A stretch of 63,671 bases of DNA, counting the filler, from Phoronis australis (Eukaryota; Animalia; Phoronida): NCBI GenBank assembly GCA_002633005.1. It is 8 parts of 8 records of this genome, joined end to end, with 100 filler letters (N's around TTAATTAATTAA, not from the genome) between each part and the next. Parts side by side here need not be neighbours in the genome. Positions count along the whole stretch, not along the records: positions 1 to 29,236 come from NMRA01000069.1; 7 more parts are not named here. The stretch is one strand, 5' to 3'. Numbering within the stretch: the first letter of the stretch is position 1; every line of letters begins with the position of its first letter. Shown piece by piece: positions 13,486 through 26,500 of this stretch. The notes below the pieces were generated by a model. That model was not told the origin of the DNA. It made no database searches and saw only the letters and a program-made list of their open reading frames with translations. The translations under genes were made by a program, and so were the position numbers.

Positions 13486-16400
13486 TTAAAGGTTGTGTTC
13501 ACAAATGAACCCAGCAGGTTCACTCTCCATCCAGTCGTGCCAAAGAAAGTTGCTTTCCCTCCAGTAGACCATATAGTCTTCTCTGTTTGAATACTTGCGC
13601 CTACCCTCTCTGCCGAACCAGTTTCTGTAGTCCAAGGGGCGGCCCGATGTCTCCCACACCCAGTTTCCCTCTCTCCGATGGTCTGTTAACCCAGTGTGAA
13701 AACCGCGAGGGCTGAACGAGGCACCTGTAAGCCGTTAAATAAATGAAATGAAATTGGGTTATCACTGTAACGAGGTGCCTGTAATAAGCCATTAAATGGG
13801 AAATATTGACTCTGCTATGTTGCTCAGTAAAAATATTAAAGCATCTAATGAATGTATTAATTTATTAACGAACAAATCATCGACAACTAAATGCAGTCAA
13901 ATTATTGCAATCCGACGTACGGGAAGATGCTATCAATGTCTTTCTGTGTAAATGAAATTTCTGGCTGTTAATACTGTAGTCTGTCATACTGCACCCTGTC
14001 AAAAGATCGTGGCCTGCGCTGGAGCTAGGGTGTTGTAAAGAGGGGGGGATGGAAAACAATTCTCGAACTGCAAACACTTGAAGTCGCCTTGAACACAGCG
14101 TTGTAGGTTTTTGTGCTCTGAAGGTAACCCAGGTTCCTTTCAAATGCACCAATGGTTTGCATCACACTACAAACTTCAGTCAACACTGTCAGGTTTAATT
14201 TCATGTATATTTGAAAAAATGCATTTCTGAATGAAATGATGGGCGCTGTCTTGTGACTTTATTTGGACATGACGCACGTGCACAATTACTAGCTATGCCT
14301 TTGGGAATCCTTCAATCAAAGATACCAATGTGGTCATCCAGCGCAAAAGCTTTGCGATCGATGGATGTTGAGGTAACCAGTTTTCATTTAGAGAGCGCTG
14401 ATAGCACCAATAAACAGGCGTTCCGCAGAACAAAGTAAACTATGTTATCGTTGTCGACTTGTTCCTAACTATGATGAGAAATTATTTTTGTTTTTGCAAA
14501 TTCGTTATTCCTCGAAAACAGCGGTCTAAATCCACATTCTCAAGCCACGTTAATGAACAGTTCAGCTATGGCCGTCTTAACAAGACTGTACCTACTATCT
14601 GTTGTAAAATGGAATACTATTTAATGACGTTCCAGAATTTGGGTTAATTGCGCATACTAAATATACTGAGCATATTTACTTCCAGGAGTGGCATGGGCGC
14701 ACCCGGGGGGGGGGCGAATTGGGCAAAAAGGTCCGCCTCAGGGAAACAAAAAGTCCGAGTAAACGAGACAAATGTCCACAAAATCCCACGGGGAAGTCGG
14801 CCCGTATGCACATTTCGTTGGCTTGAACCTAGTGGTCCGTTTTTTTCGTGTTTTTTTTTTTTTTAATCCTCGTTAATTTCTTTCATTAAAAGGTCCGCAC
14901 CCCGAAAAATTCGAGCCCCCCCCCCATACTTTAGGCTGGGAGCGCGCATGGAGTGGGCCAGTGTTTAAACTGGCCAGTTCATAAGCAAGGCTCGGGTTTG
15001 ATTTTTTTCCATATTGCAATGCATGTGACTGAAAGAGGAAAAAAGTTTACTAAGGCATAAACTGTGGGAGAGTGGGTAAAGTTGCAAATTTATCATAATC
15101 TGTGATTTCACTTACGTCCTTCCGGGTCAAGGAGCTCTGATATGAGATACTGGTCCTCGACGTAATTGTCCACCTCGACCAAATAAGAATTCATCGTCTC
15201 GCAGATCCGCTTGGCTTTGGGTCGGGGAACTGGCATAAAACCGATGAAGTAGCAGCTTGCGTTGAACTTCTTGAAACTCACCGGACATTCCGTTTTTGGC
15301 TCTGGGAATGAAAAATGTGATAGATATGGCATGTATTTTAACCTTTGTACGTTTGATTTGGATTATGCCGTGGAACTTTTAGGCTAATTCCTTATCTCTG
15401 TGATTGCTTGGCCAAATTAGTTAGAGGCACAACATATATCAGAGCTTGGAATTTTCCGTTTTTTAGAGGATTTCCTCTTTTTTGGTTTCAATTTCCTCCG
15501 GCTTATTTGATTTCCAGTTTTATCTTTCTTCGTCTCTTTTTTATCATTATTTTGACTTTATTCATGCAAAAAAATATTTCAGTTAAATTTTACAACACCA
15601 GAAATCACTGTACTTCCCAGTATCACACAAGCTTATTTAGTTTGTGGAACGATACATCGCCTGTAAAATTTTCCTCTCCGATTTTTGGTCATTCCAAGCC
15701 CTGATATATCTAGGGACGATGTGAATATAAAGTAGGTTGAAAATTATCAAATGTTTTTAAGAACAAGTTTTGCGGCGAAAATAATCCGCCGCAAAGCAAT
15801 GAACCGTGTCCAGCTAGTATAGTGACATTGTGCAGGCAGACTATGGTAACGGGGAATCGAACACTGCATGCTGTGAGCTATGTGACTCCGGCGCCGCGAG
15901 GTACAGCATTAGTCCAAAGGTCACCTGTTTGCAGATTTTTTCTCCATGATAGCAATTAGCAGCATATATTGATAAAAACACCGGTCTTCGTGTCTATTTC
16001 TATCGACGATATGTGGATGACGTGTTTTGTATATTTGAAAATCAGCACTCGGCCCAAGAAGTTTTTGGTATAAACTCGAGGCATCCTGACTTGAAAATCA
16101 GTAAAGAATTAGAGGTCGACAACAAGTCATACTTTAAAATACCCTGTGTTGGTTTTTACGCCAAGATTGCTCAACGAAAACTCAACAAATTGGTGAACGA
16201 TTACTGTGTTGTGGCTTAGGAGTTGTGTTAACATTTTCAAGTCTCTAAAACTGTCTATAATTTATTTAACCCTAAGGACAAAATTCCTATGGGTCTGCGT
16301 GCGGTCTAAGGTAGAGTACAAATTCATCTGTGCTGGATGTGGCTCCAGTTACGTATAAGCGAAGCTGTTCGCCATTTGAAAACCAGGACCAGAGAACATC

Positions 16401-18726
16401 TAAATTCTGACAGGCAACTAGCACACCACAGCCAGGTTGTCATTGTTGGTTTAGTTTATTGTCACTTCCTGTAACTGTCGGACTGCAGGGCAGGATTTTG
16501 AGTTAAGAGGGGCCAGGGCAGAATATTAGCCAGGATTTTGCCCGTCTGACATTCGCACCCCCGAGCTACGAAATGGAATCTGGGAGAATTTTAGGGGGGC
16601 CATGGCCCCCTTGGCCCACCTCTAAATCCGCCACTAGACTGTGTCTTTATTTCATTACCGGTACTTGTTGTTGGACCTAGCAAGGAGGCCACTGTGTTTT
16701 TTCTTCTTCTCACGATGGTGTTTCAATAAACGACACCGAAACATGTCAAGCCGGTTTAAATCTGTTGTTGTTTTTTGTTTTCACGTTTAAAAGTCGTCAA
16801 ATAACTGCACTTTGTTTAGCGTATATTATGTTAAAATAGCATGGTCGTTTAGTTCCTGCTATGCACTAGCATGCTAGTTAGAGCATCCAAATACATCTTT
16901 GAAGGGGCACAAACATCATTTTTACCGCCCTAAGGCCACTAGCAATTTTATACCATTACAACATGACGGTAACATTGAAGTTGCACGTATAAGGATACGT
17001 TCGTCATAACTAGGATTGAATTTCTCACAACTTCTCAAGTACTAGACTTATAAAACTATATGATTTTAAAATCCTTGATGGTCATAGAATCTTATTATGT
17101 GTGCCAAAGCAATATAAACAAGTTCATAATCACACGAAAAAAGGTGATTTTTCATTTAGAATGCCAAATTTTCCACAAACACCATGTTTTGGCACGAAAC
17201 GTGGCCACATAAGTGTATCTGGTATTTTTAAGGCCTTTTACCCAAAGCTTCCATTTTTTCAAGAAATGTTGATGTCTTCATTATCATGTTATGTAGCCTG
17301 TCTCACCTTCGTAGCTAGAAGCATAAAAGAAATTGAATTTGCTATGCGGAAATTACACCGTGATAAATCAATATTTGTGCTGCGATCAAGGATGGTTCGA
17401 TGAGTCTACTATTGATACTATAATATCTTAGTAACGAAGTCATTGCGTTACCAACTTTAACAATCTGATAATTTACTAACATTTTGAAGCCAAATAATTC
17501 CTTGTAAGACTTATGAGCCTCCGTTTGCAGCAATAAGATTTACAACTACACCCTGAATTTTCTGAATTGGTAAGCTTTACAAACACTTGGACCTAGGAAC
17601 TTACAGTGTCTATTATAACCCTATTGGAGGAAACTGTGAGGGTGGAACGGGTTCATTTTGGTAGGAGAATAGACAAAAGCATAAGACTGTATTGAACTTT
17701 GACATGTGAATATTACTACAATTTCAAGAACAATTCTGTGATGATAACTATTCTGACGTTCCCTTTTATGAAAATTGAAAGGAAAATGTTAATTACTGTC
17801 ACGTTGTCCTAGATGGTGATATTTTGTCACACACCGTAATGGGAAGAGGAACTTTGGCCAGCTTTGTAAAAACAATCATACATTCACCAAAACTGAAAAA
17901 TCGACAAATTACAAACCTCGACTAGTAAGATTATCTTAGAATTAAATGCAGGTTCTAATGTTATCACAATTTTGGCAAAGTTCATGCTCCGGCGGGATCA
18001 ATGAAGCTTTGGTAATAGAACTCCTCCCAAGGAACACAGACCACTTTCCATGCAGCAAAGTCCTTACTACTCTCCACATACATACCATGCACCACTGAAC
18101 TACTGACTAGGACTTACCATACCCCGACCATGGACAATTTTAAGTGTGAAAATGATGCGTGCGGTAAGTATCCCTCTGTGTGCGTGCATGGTTGCAACGT
18201 CTGCGACCAGTAATAGTTATTCAAGCACGGGGAGTATTTGCGGTTCGTGATGTTTTTTGTAGCGGCTAGCACGGTTACTCTCTTCTAGCAGCTGTCCATG
18301 GTAAGCATTCATCAGACTACAGGGAATTTTAGAAACACTCCCACTAAATGATCACTTACCTGTGTGGTTTGGTGCAGCTGTTCCTTCAGCAAGCTGCCTT
18401 ATGGCCAATGTGTTGGCTCTTATCAAGTTTTCCAACAACGTTAGCTTCCCTCCCACTGCATGACGGGTGATATTCATCTGGTTTTGGATAGCTTTGAGTA
18501 TTTTTGACTGATTTCGCACGCTCTGGGCTAAGGTATGCAACTCGTGTGCATCATGCGTATGATTCCAGACGTGCGTTGCGTTAGTCGTGTTGTGCACATC
18601 CCATTTGTGATGGTTGTGGTGATGAACATGAATTCCCGTGTCCCAAATATCTTCACCTATGACAAGACTGACATCGGCCAGTAACAGAACAAGAATACCG
18701 AGTTTGCACAGGCTTCTAAGAACCAT
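13486..18726 (-). CDS. Secreted His-rich C-type lectin domain protein B (3 exons, 263 aa)
   Basis: Exons 18726-18360 (signal peptide, His-rich segment, helical neck), 15301-15116 (ECPVSFKKFNASCY...RICETMNSYLVEV) and 13724-13486 (FHTGLTDHRREGNWVW...REDYMVY...WHDWMESEPAGFICEHNL*). Total 792 nt, phase-1 introns, same structure as lectin A. Confidence 0.93.
14692..14950. mobile_element. GC-rich MITE (CATGCGCGCACCCAG-like TIR family)
   Basis: CATGGGCGCACCCGG ... CTGGGAGCGCGCATG ends. Related copies at about 48020-48278 and 49563-49856. Confidence 0.6.
15990..16415 (+). mobile_element. Degenerate, internally deleted Penelope-like retroelement
   Basis: FYRRYVDDVFCIF (RT YVDD) and NSRHPDLKISKELE, then frameshifted PKDKIP...YKFICAGCGSSYV..RHLKTRTREHL (GIY-YIG endonuclease region). 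Confidence 0.8.
16484..16636. mobile_element. MITE fragment (CAGTGGCGGATTTAG family)
   Basis: Ends in CTAAATCCGCCACT. Inverted homolog at 38221-38430. Confidence 0.55.
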
Positions 18727-20535
18727 CGTTCTCACTGAGCTGGTCTCGATTTAACTGTGTGCGCAAGCCTGACTGTCTTACTTTAGTGACGGTGGCCCAT
18801 TATATCAGTTTTGGATGAACTCTGTCAACTCCAGTTATGCAATAAATTAATTAAACCAACATGCCAGTCTCAATAGCTGGGGTGCCAACTGGTCTAAGTT
18901 GGTATCAACCACATCCTGCCATTGAGGATGTTTTTTCCGACTGTGAAATGTGCTGTTAAAAGATTGCTTTTCAACCCTTGATTTGACTCAGTATGCTGCC
19001 ATTGTGAACAGCCTGCAAGCTGAAGCTAACGTGTGAGACATGCTTTGTGTGTTTAATGTAGTGTATGAAAGCATTTGGTGATGCAAGACACGAAGACACT
19101 CGTCCAGGGCCTGTTTCATGAAAAATGACTTAAGACAGAAATTAAGTTTTACCCTTGCACTTCATAATTAATGAATTAATGTTTAATCATGAAATCATTA
19201 GCACCTAATGGCCTGAAAATTATTTGTACACATTTTCTGAATAATAAACAATTATGGGTACATGATTCTCAGAAACTTTAATCTTTTGCTTAAAGTAATT
19301 TTGAATTACTTTAAATTTCAAAAATTGTTACCAGGATCGAGAGTAAGAAGAAATTCCTGTGTCTTCAGTCACTTTGCCTGAAATGGACCATGGTGAACAC
19401 CATTTAGTTTAATTGGATGGGACTGGGAGTTCATCTACGGTGCTGTTGGCATTTAGAAAACTGACCAAGGTAACAAGAGACAACACAGTAATACTGTCAC
19501 AAGATACTGCTTTGAAATACAAAAAGCCAATGGTACACCAATCCCGGCATAATCCATCTCAGGAAGAAATTTGGGACTGATGGTAGTAACAGCAGTTCAG
19601 GCCAAAACTCCTCCAGAAAGTTTTGTGGGCATTTCAAGTAACATCATGTAACCAACTAACAAGAAAAACATAGGAAAATAAGTTTGAAGAATAATATTAA
19701 CAGCAAAACATTTTTGAAATTGAAGATGACAGTAAACATATTTATGAAATGTGATGACTATTTGACGTACACCATCTTGTCTATTTTGTCAAGAGTATGT
19801 GACAAGCTATGCTGTAGAGTACAAGAAGAAGTGAATGATTGAATAATGTTATGACATGTGTACAAACAATGACTTAACCTCAAATGACTGCAAGATGGTC
19901 ATAGGGAACTTGAAAACAGGTCCTGTACTAGAGTAAGACGGAATAATAACAAAGAAGTAATAACACAAAATGCCTGCTGGGCTTAAAAAAAAAAAGGACA
20001 AAGTTGGACAGAAGTAAATGGCAGGATGGTGGGCGGAAAATTATTGAAGAAAACAACAATTTTACTGACGTTGCTTGGGGGAAGCAGTACCATTTAAACC
20101 ATGACAAAATTGTAGAAAAATTTCCTTCATGAAAAGTTCTCTTTATTGAGAAAAACAAGGGACATTTCATCGCCCTCCATATTGTGTCTCAAACCACGGA
20201 ATTTTTAACGGACACCATTGCTTCATAAAGTCCCTGTTGATTGATAACGGGAGCTCTCGTGTTTTTAGTTGAAGTGGTTTGTTCAATGGTCCCAACCATG
20301 TGGCCTGCACACGTCTGATGCACCACAAATGACATCAGACCGCCTGCACTCTTTTTATTGCTTGCACAGAATGACTCCTAAACTAGACAGTGCTCAGCAA
20401 CAAAAATACATCTATTGTGTGAACACCAATAATCATGAAGATTCAATGAGATATAACCAATCTTGGCACTGAATCACAAGGAACCAGGCAACCTCCTTCA
20501 AGAGACGTTTAGTACTTCCAAGCGTGGCCATGTGT

Positions 20536-23500
20536 TCACAAGAAAATATCCCTAGCAACTGTGTCTGGTTTCTCTTCTATGTTCTGGATTTCTTTCAAGC
20601 CCTGCAACAAACAGTATGTAACCAGTTCTAGTCAGAAATTCCACCCTCCTTGAATGAGTGTCCCGGCTGCTTTTAACTAACATTTTACAAGAGTAACTTA
20701 CACTTTCGGAAAATTTGTCTGGCTTAATCAAAGTTATGGCGAAAACCGAGACAAAAAATAACACCGACTAAATCATTAACAGTTAGCCCGGCAAAAAACT
20801 TTGATTCAAGAGTTTTGATAACAAGACATATCGTCAACTTTTTGTGAAAAGTACTGTACCGAAGACGCTGCTTGTATTTAAACCCAGGTGCCAACATCTA
20901 CTTTTGTGTATTTTTGAAAGAGCTTTTTTTGCTCAAAGGTTTCACAAGTAGACAGATGAGCCTATGCTTCACAAGCGAAGACGAACAATTATTCCTGATT
21001 TGTTCATGTTTGAAGTTGGGTGCTTTCTGTGGGTCTTATAGCTGTTCATGGCACTTTTAATTGAGTTTGAAATTATATTGTGTGTGCTTTCTAGGCTTGG
21101 AAAGGACCGACAACTCCATAATGCTTCAGTCCAGACTCAATGAGAGGACTTGTCACGACGGTAATTATATTTGCTAAGCATGGTCTCTAAGAATAACTTC
21201 TTCACAAGTTCAACAAAAAATCACTTCTCGCCTAAAGTAAGAAACAGACTCGGACCTATTTTGCACCGGTCCACTAAATGGTTCTGATCAAAATTTAGTC
21301 TCTAATGTTGAATTCAGTACAAGACAAAATCAACAATTTTGCACTGTATCAATGAAGCGTCACTCGAATGCTATTTTAAAAAAGTTCCTTTGCAGTTTCT
21401 GCTCAAAAGTAATTCTTCACTTATTTCACAGTAAAATAATTGCCACTATTTTTGCCAATGGCTGATTACCTTATACTGAAAATAGCGGGAAATTTACCAA
21501 ATGTTGTTTCACGGTATCTAGTAGGCTCTTCAATCCTAGCTCATATTGGACTACAACTTTGAATTTCATTGTTGAGAAATTTGAAAAGTGAAATTTGGCT
21601 TGTCCGTCATTTCATTTGCTAAACGGGTAAAGAACTACCACAATGGGGCTATTCGGAAAATCTACAATAACTATAGGGCGTGCGTGTACTAGTGGTGATA
21701 GATTAACAGCCTCGATTTCGCGAGCCCTTTAAATACATGGTGAAATGGCTTGCAGCCGTGCCAACTGAATCTGAGATTGCGTAAAAAGGGTGCTTCTATG
21801 AGAGGAAGTAAGCACGACCTCATACAAAGGTAAGGTTTGTGATTATTTTAACGATTATTCCATGATTATTCTACCGATGCCTGTTAACTGAGGCACTCGC
21901 CGATGTCGACTTCGCGGCAGTCAGTCGCCAGCCAGAGTCTGGTTAATCTTTGTATGTTGTGATATGTGATACGATACTTGACGTAGCAATCGGGATCTTT
22001 TCGTACATCAAAGCATTATTATTGTTTGGAATGATTTCTAAAAGTTTATCAGTGACAGTTACATCAATCAATGCTGAATGTTTATGCTGTCAACTCGATA
22101 CAGGTTAATGAGTTAAGATTACAATCCAATCCCAATGGCAAAGGGTACGTGAGTGATAAATATCCATTGCATTAGACTATTTGTTTACTCCCTATCATAT
22201 GTCTTCTGGAAATCTATTACACGTTGAAATGGAAATCTATCACGTCAGTTTTCACGTAACCTTTGGTTTTTAGGTTTGAAGGCTTGTACCGTGCAGAGGA
22301 GATATGCATCGCTTCTGCACCGTCCCTGAATGGACAAAAATTGGTTTTTAGCATTTGACTGCAGCTAACCAACAAGATCTTCCCATCCAGTGCAGATCTG
22401 TTGTCAAAGCCTACTTTCAATATTGGAGACAACGAACAAAGCCTTTGAAAAGGAACAGCTATTTTTAAAGTCATTTTGTTAAATTACTTATTCAGGTCCC
22501 GAGGGGGGATTGGCATGGGGGGTTGTAATATTTGGTACAACTGAATGTGTGGAAATAACAGGTAATACATGTTTGGGGAAAAGAGCATGGTGAGGTAATT
22601 CTTAACCTTCACGAAGTCCCTTCAAGTTGATTTCATGAAGCTGTTTTGCTACTTGTATCAATTGTAAAACCACGGAAATATATTACATTTTCCGAATTCA
22701 CAGTGACTGAATAGTCTTAACTCATGCCTTGAAATGTTGCAAGTCGTTATAAATTCAAATGACTGCCATTTTTGTGAAAATTGCATTTTTGATGGTGCCT
22801 TACGATTTGTAATTACTCTTAAACAACAGAAAGATTATCCATCATTTTTAAATGACCCAAGTCTTCATATCTTCTATTAGAAGAAAAACGGTTCCCTCAA
22901 CCTTAGGCTAGAAGTATGCTTGACAGACCCATGAACCTGTAATCTGAGTTTAAAATTGCTGAAAGTATCAAAATTAAAAAGGCTTGAAAATGGGTAACAA
23001 AGGTTTGAAGTTGTCTCAAAAAACTTGTATATTTTACAGACAAGTGATGCGTTTAAAGAATTGTTATGGCTAGGGATAAAAAATAAAGACACAGTTTTAT
23101 GCAATACTCATTATATACACCCTTGGTTTCTGAAAATAGTAAATATTTACTTTTATGTGAAACTGTAGACCAATCACCATATATTTTTGAAAAACAGGGA
23201 TAACATTTTTGATCCAATCTGGAGTACTTAATTATTCATATTTCAATATTTGTTCCAGGTGCAGTGACATTTTAAGACCACTTCAAGCAGTATCATAGAC
23301 AAGCTTTGTTACTCCGTTCTCTTCCCACAGCACTTCCACACACCAGCAGTGCTGCATGGCACAATGTGCAAGTCAGTGGCCCTGGAGAAATGTGAATCGC
23401 AGTACTAAGTTACCATAAGACAATGTGCCAGTGGAGTGTCTGTGTATCCAGACGAACTATATCTGACTGCTACACAAATAAGCCTTGTTGGTGAGGATGC

Positions 23501-26500
23501 CCTTTCATAGGCAATGAGTCATGTGTGGACAATAGCTTATTTCCTTTCCTGGAAGAAACATGAGGGACTGAAGCTAAAGAAGACCTAGTCACACTCTGGT
23601 CTAGTTCAGAGTCTGATTTTGGGCTCAAAACGATTCAAGTGATATGCTGCTGTGTTTACCTTCAAGGGTCTAATTGTGGATGTTATTGAGGCTGAATGAG
23701 GTTACATGAAAGAAAGCCACGTGTTGAAACTGGACCTTTTTTACAAGCGCTTCTATAGGCCATTGAAACTAGAACCCAGTGAAATGAAAGCCAAAAGCTG
23801 AGTGACATTAAATTTTCCTTTCAGAAGAAAGGCTTTATACTATTGGTTAAAACTTTTCAATTTGGTACAGATCATGGGGAAATGACATTCAGTGACTGCA
23901 TCGATTGTCTTATTGTATGTTTTCAATTGTAGCTAGCTGGATAAGAATCTGCTATGCACAAGATTCGAGAATAAACAATTATCAGTGTATTTAAAAACAA
24001 ATGGCAAACTGAAAAAGCACAGAAAGAAACAACATTGCGAGGGAGTCCATAATCAGGCATATCAGGTGCTGAATTTCTGAATTACGTTCAATTGTCTCAG
24101 GTTATTGCTGAAGGATTGCTTTTCACTTTGTCCAACGGTGAAATAGATGGTCAGGCGGTTGGTTTCAGTTGTTTTTTCTTGCCTGTAACAGAATAGAAAT
24201 ATTAGCAAATTGTAAAAGAAAAGACAAGACAAAACTACTTTTGTAAGGCAGAACATACTTGACATTTCATCTTCATGTTTATGTGTAGAAACTAATAACC
24301 TTTGTACCCAAGTCTTATTTAATATCTGAATTAAAATATGTGAAACAGGCTAAAAGTGATTTAACAATGTGTATTTTTCATGACACTTAAAATGTGCTTC
24401 TGATCTCAACAAGTAAAATTCATTCTAGGTGTCAATTTTTTTCCAATGCAATGTTACGACATTTACTGAATTAAGGCTTATTCATGTTAATTCGATAACT
24501 GAGCTGGTGGTCCTGGGGGTGGGGTCCACGATAAAATAAGGAAACTCACTCATCTAGATAATTTTATTGGAAACAGCATAGTTTTGAAGAGAAACTGCTG
24601 TGAAAAAGTCACTCTTGACTTCTGTGCATCACGTACCAATAACCTCTTATTTTGGGAGCACTCCCACCCAGGACAATATGAATATGTGCTGCTAGCCTAC
24701 CCGGCATCGGGTGAGTTTCCAAAAAGAAACACTTAGTTCCACTCAATAAAACTGTTATTCAGTGGGGTAACTGGTGGGGATAACATCACCGAACGATGTT
24801 GATAGAAACTGATTGCTAAAAACTTACCAAGTAATGTTGTGTAGTCTCCGAATGGAACTGCATAGTCATAGACATAGAGCACACACGGGGCTTCAGCATC
24901 CACACACTTTTTGTCAGTTAGTTGACCCTGTTGACAGTAATTGTCCACGAATATAGTAACCTTAGGTCTTTTGGGAATTTCTGGCCACCTGTCGAAGACT
25001 TGCACCAGGGAAATTAGCAGTAACAAGGCTTAGCGCGACAACGTATTTTGATAAAAATTCCATCTTTTACCAGTTGTTTACATGCAGACAGCCACGCATG
25101 CGCAATTTAATCACCACTAGTACAGCAGCGACACCGCGAGGAGAATTCTCCGAATAGCCCCACTGATGCAGACTGATCTAATATCCTTACCTCTAATACA
25201 AGCCTTATGTGTGCTTTGACTGAGGATGCTTGTGAGGTCAATTTCTCACTTCTGCTTGTGAGTATTTTTGTCTTCTTTTCAATAAATTGCAGGGCTTCTG
25301 GCAGAGTCAGTTCAGGGTAGAACCCGTAGCCGACGTGAACATATATTTTCGATGTGTCTGATCTGAAATACATATTACAGATCTTTCATACTCCAACAAT
25401 GATTCAATCAGTTATAAAATAAATATTATATTCACAGCGCTCGACACAGGTGTAAATGTGAGCTCGAAAATATTTGTATTCCCAGATTTGGCATGATGAA
25501 ATTAGCGACCAAAGACAAAATGTCGACCATTGGCTTACAGCCCACAAATAAGAGTGGGGTCAATTTTCTACACGTATTTTACTCTTTTTATTCGTAATAT
25601 TGGCATTTACTTCCTTGTGCGAGCCTTCATTCATTCTGGGCAGGATAGTATATCCTTGATGATAAGGCAACTTTAGTATTTCTACTGAGTGGAGTTCATT
25701 CATTGACGCTGAGACTATATTTGATTCTTGATCAAATTAGATAAAATTAGATTTAATCTAGCTAGTTGGTGACTTTGACTTGACCTAATCAATTACTTAC
25801 ACATTTGCATTGACATAAAAGTTGCAGCCAAGATCAATTCTTGTTTTCAAAACATCACCAGGAGTGTGAGTCTCCTGTAAAAGAAAACACAAAAGTCATA
25901 TTTGTACGAAACAATTAGGAAATTTGAAATAAGATCGTGCCAGAACTACTCAAAATGAAGCAGGTGTTAGGCATTCTTCTGTTTATTTATTTGAGGCTGC
26001 TACATCTGTACATAAAATTTTTACGTTCACGTTAGTTTAGATTAGATATATGAGTTTAAATTTGGTATGATAAGCTTAAATTAAATAGTATTAGATAACA
26101 TTGTTTTTTCTTATAGTATTTTTAGGTGGTCAATTTGTAGGCATTATGTTGTCTGTAGAATAGAATGCAGCATGATTTTTAATCCACGAATAAAATTCAA
26201 GTGACAACCAGGCTCACAACAAAAAAGGTTTTCAAAATAAACTACAAAGAACAGCTTCAACAGAATTCTGTCAGATTCTGCCAAACGTCTTTTGGGGGAT
26301 TTAATCAATAATATAAGGCACCAAATTGTTTTTTGTTGATATTTAGTCGTCTGAAGTTTAATGTGGGAGTATAGCGCATAGTTGTTAATTGTCAAGAATT
26401 TGCCAAAATTGAAAAGTGCTCTAGTTGAAAAGAAATGGATATTTGGTCACCAATTTCAACGCTGTCCAGGTTGTTATAAAAACTACAACTAAAACAACGA

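Noticed and set aside
15765-15820. Helitron 3' ends (hairpin plus CTAG) here and near 24692, 28210-28250 and 44490-44520
   Set aside because: The motifs are too short and no matching 5' ends could be identified by eye.
24062-24265. UXT last exon (NNLRQLNVIQ)
   Set aside because: Wrong phase at the acceptor. 20601-20536 (GLKEIQ) fits both phase and homology.
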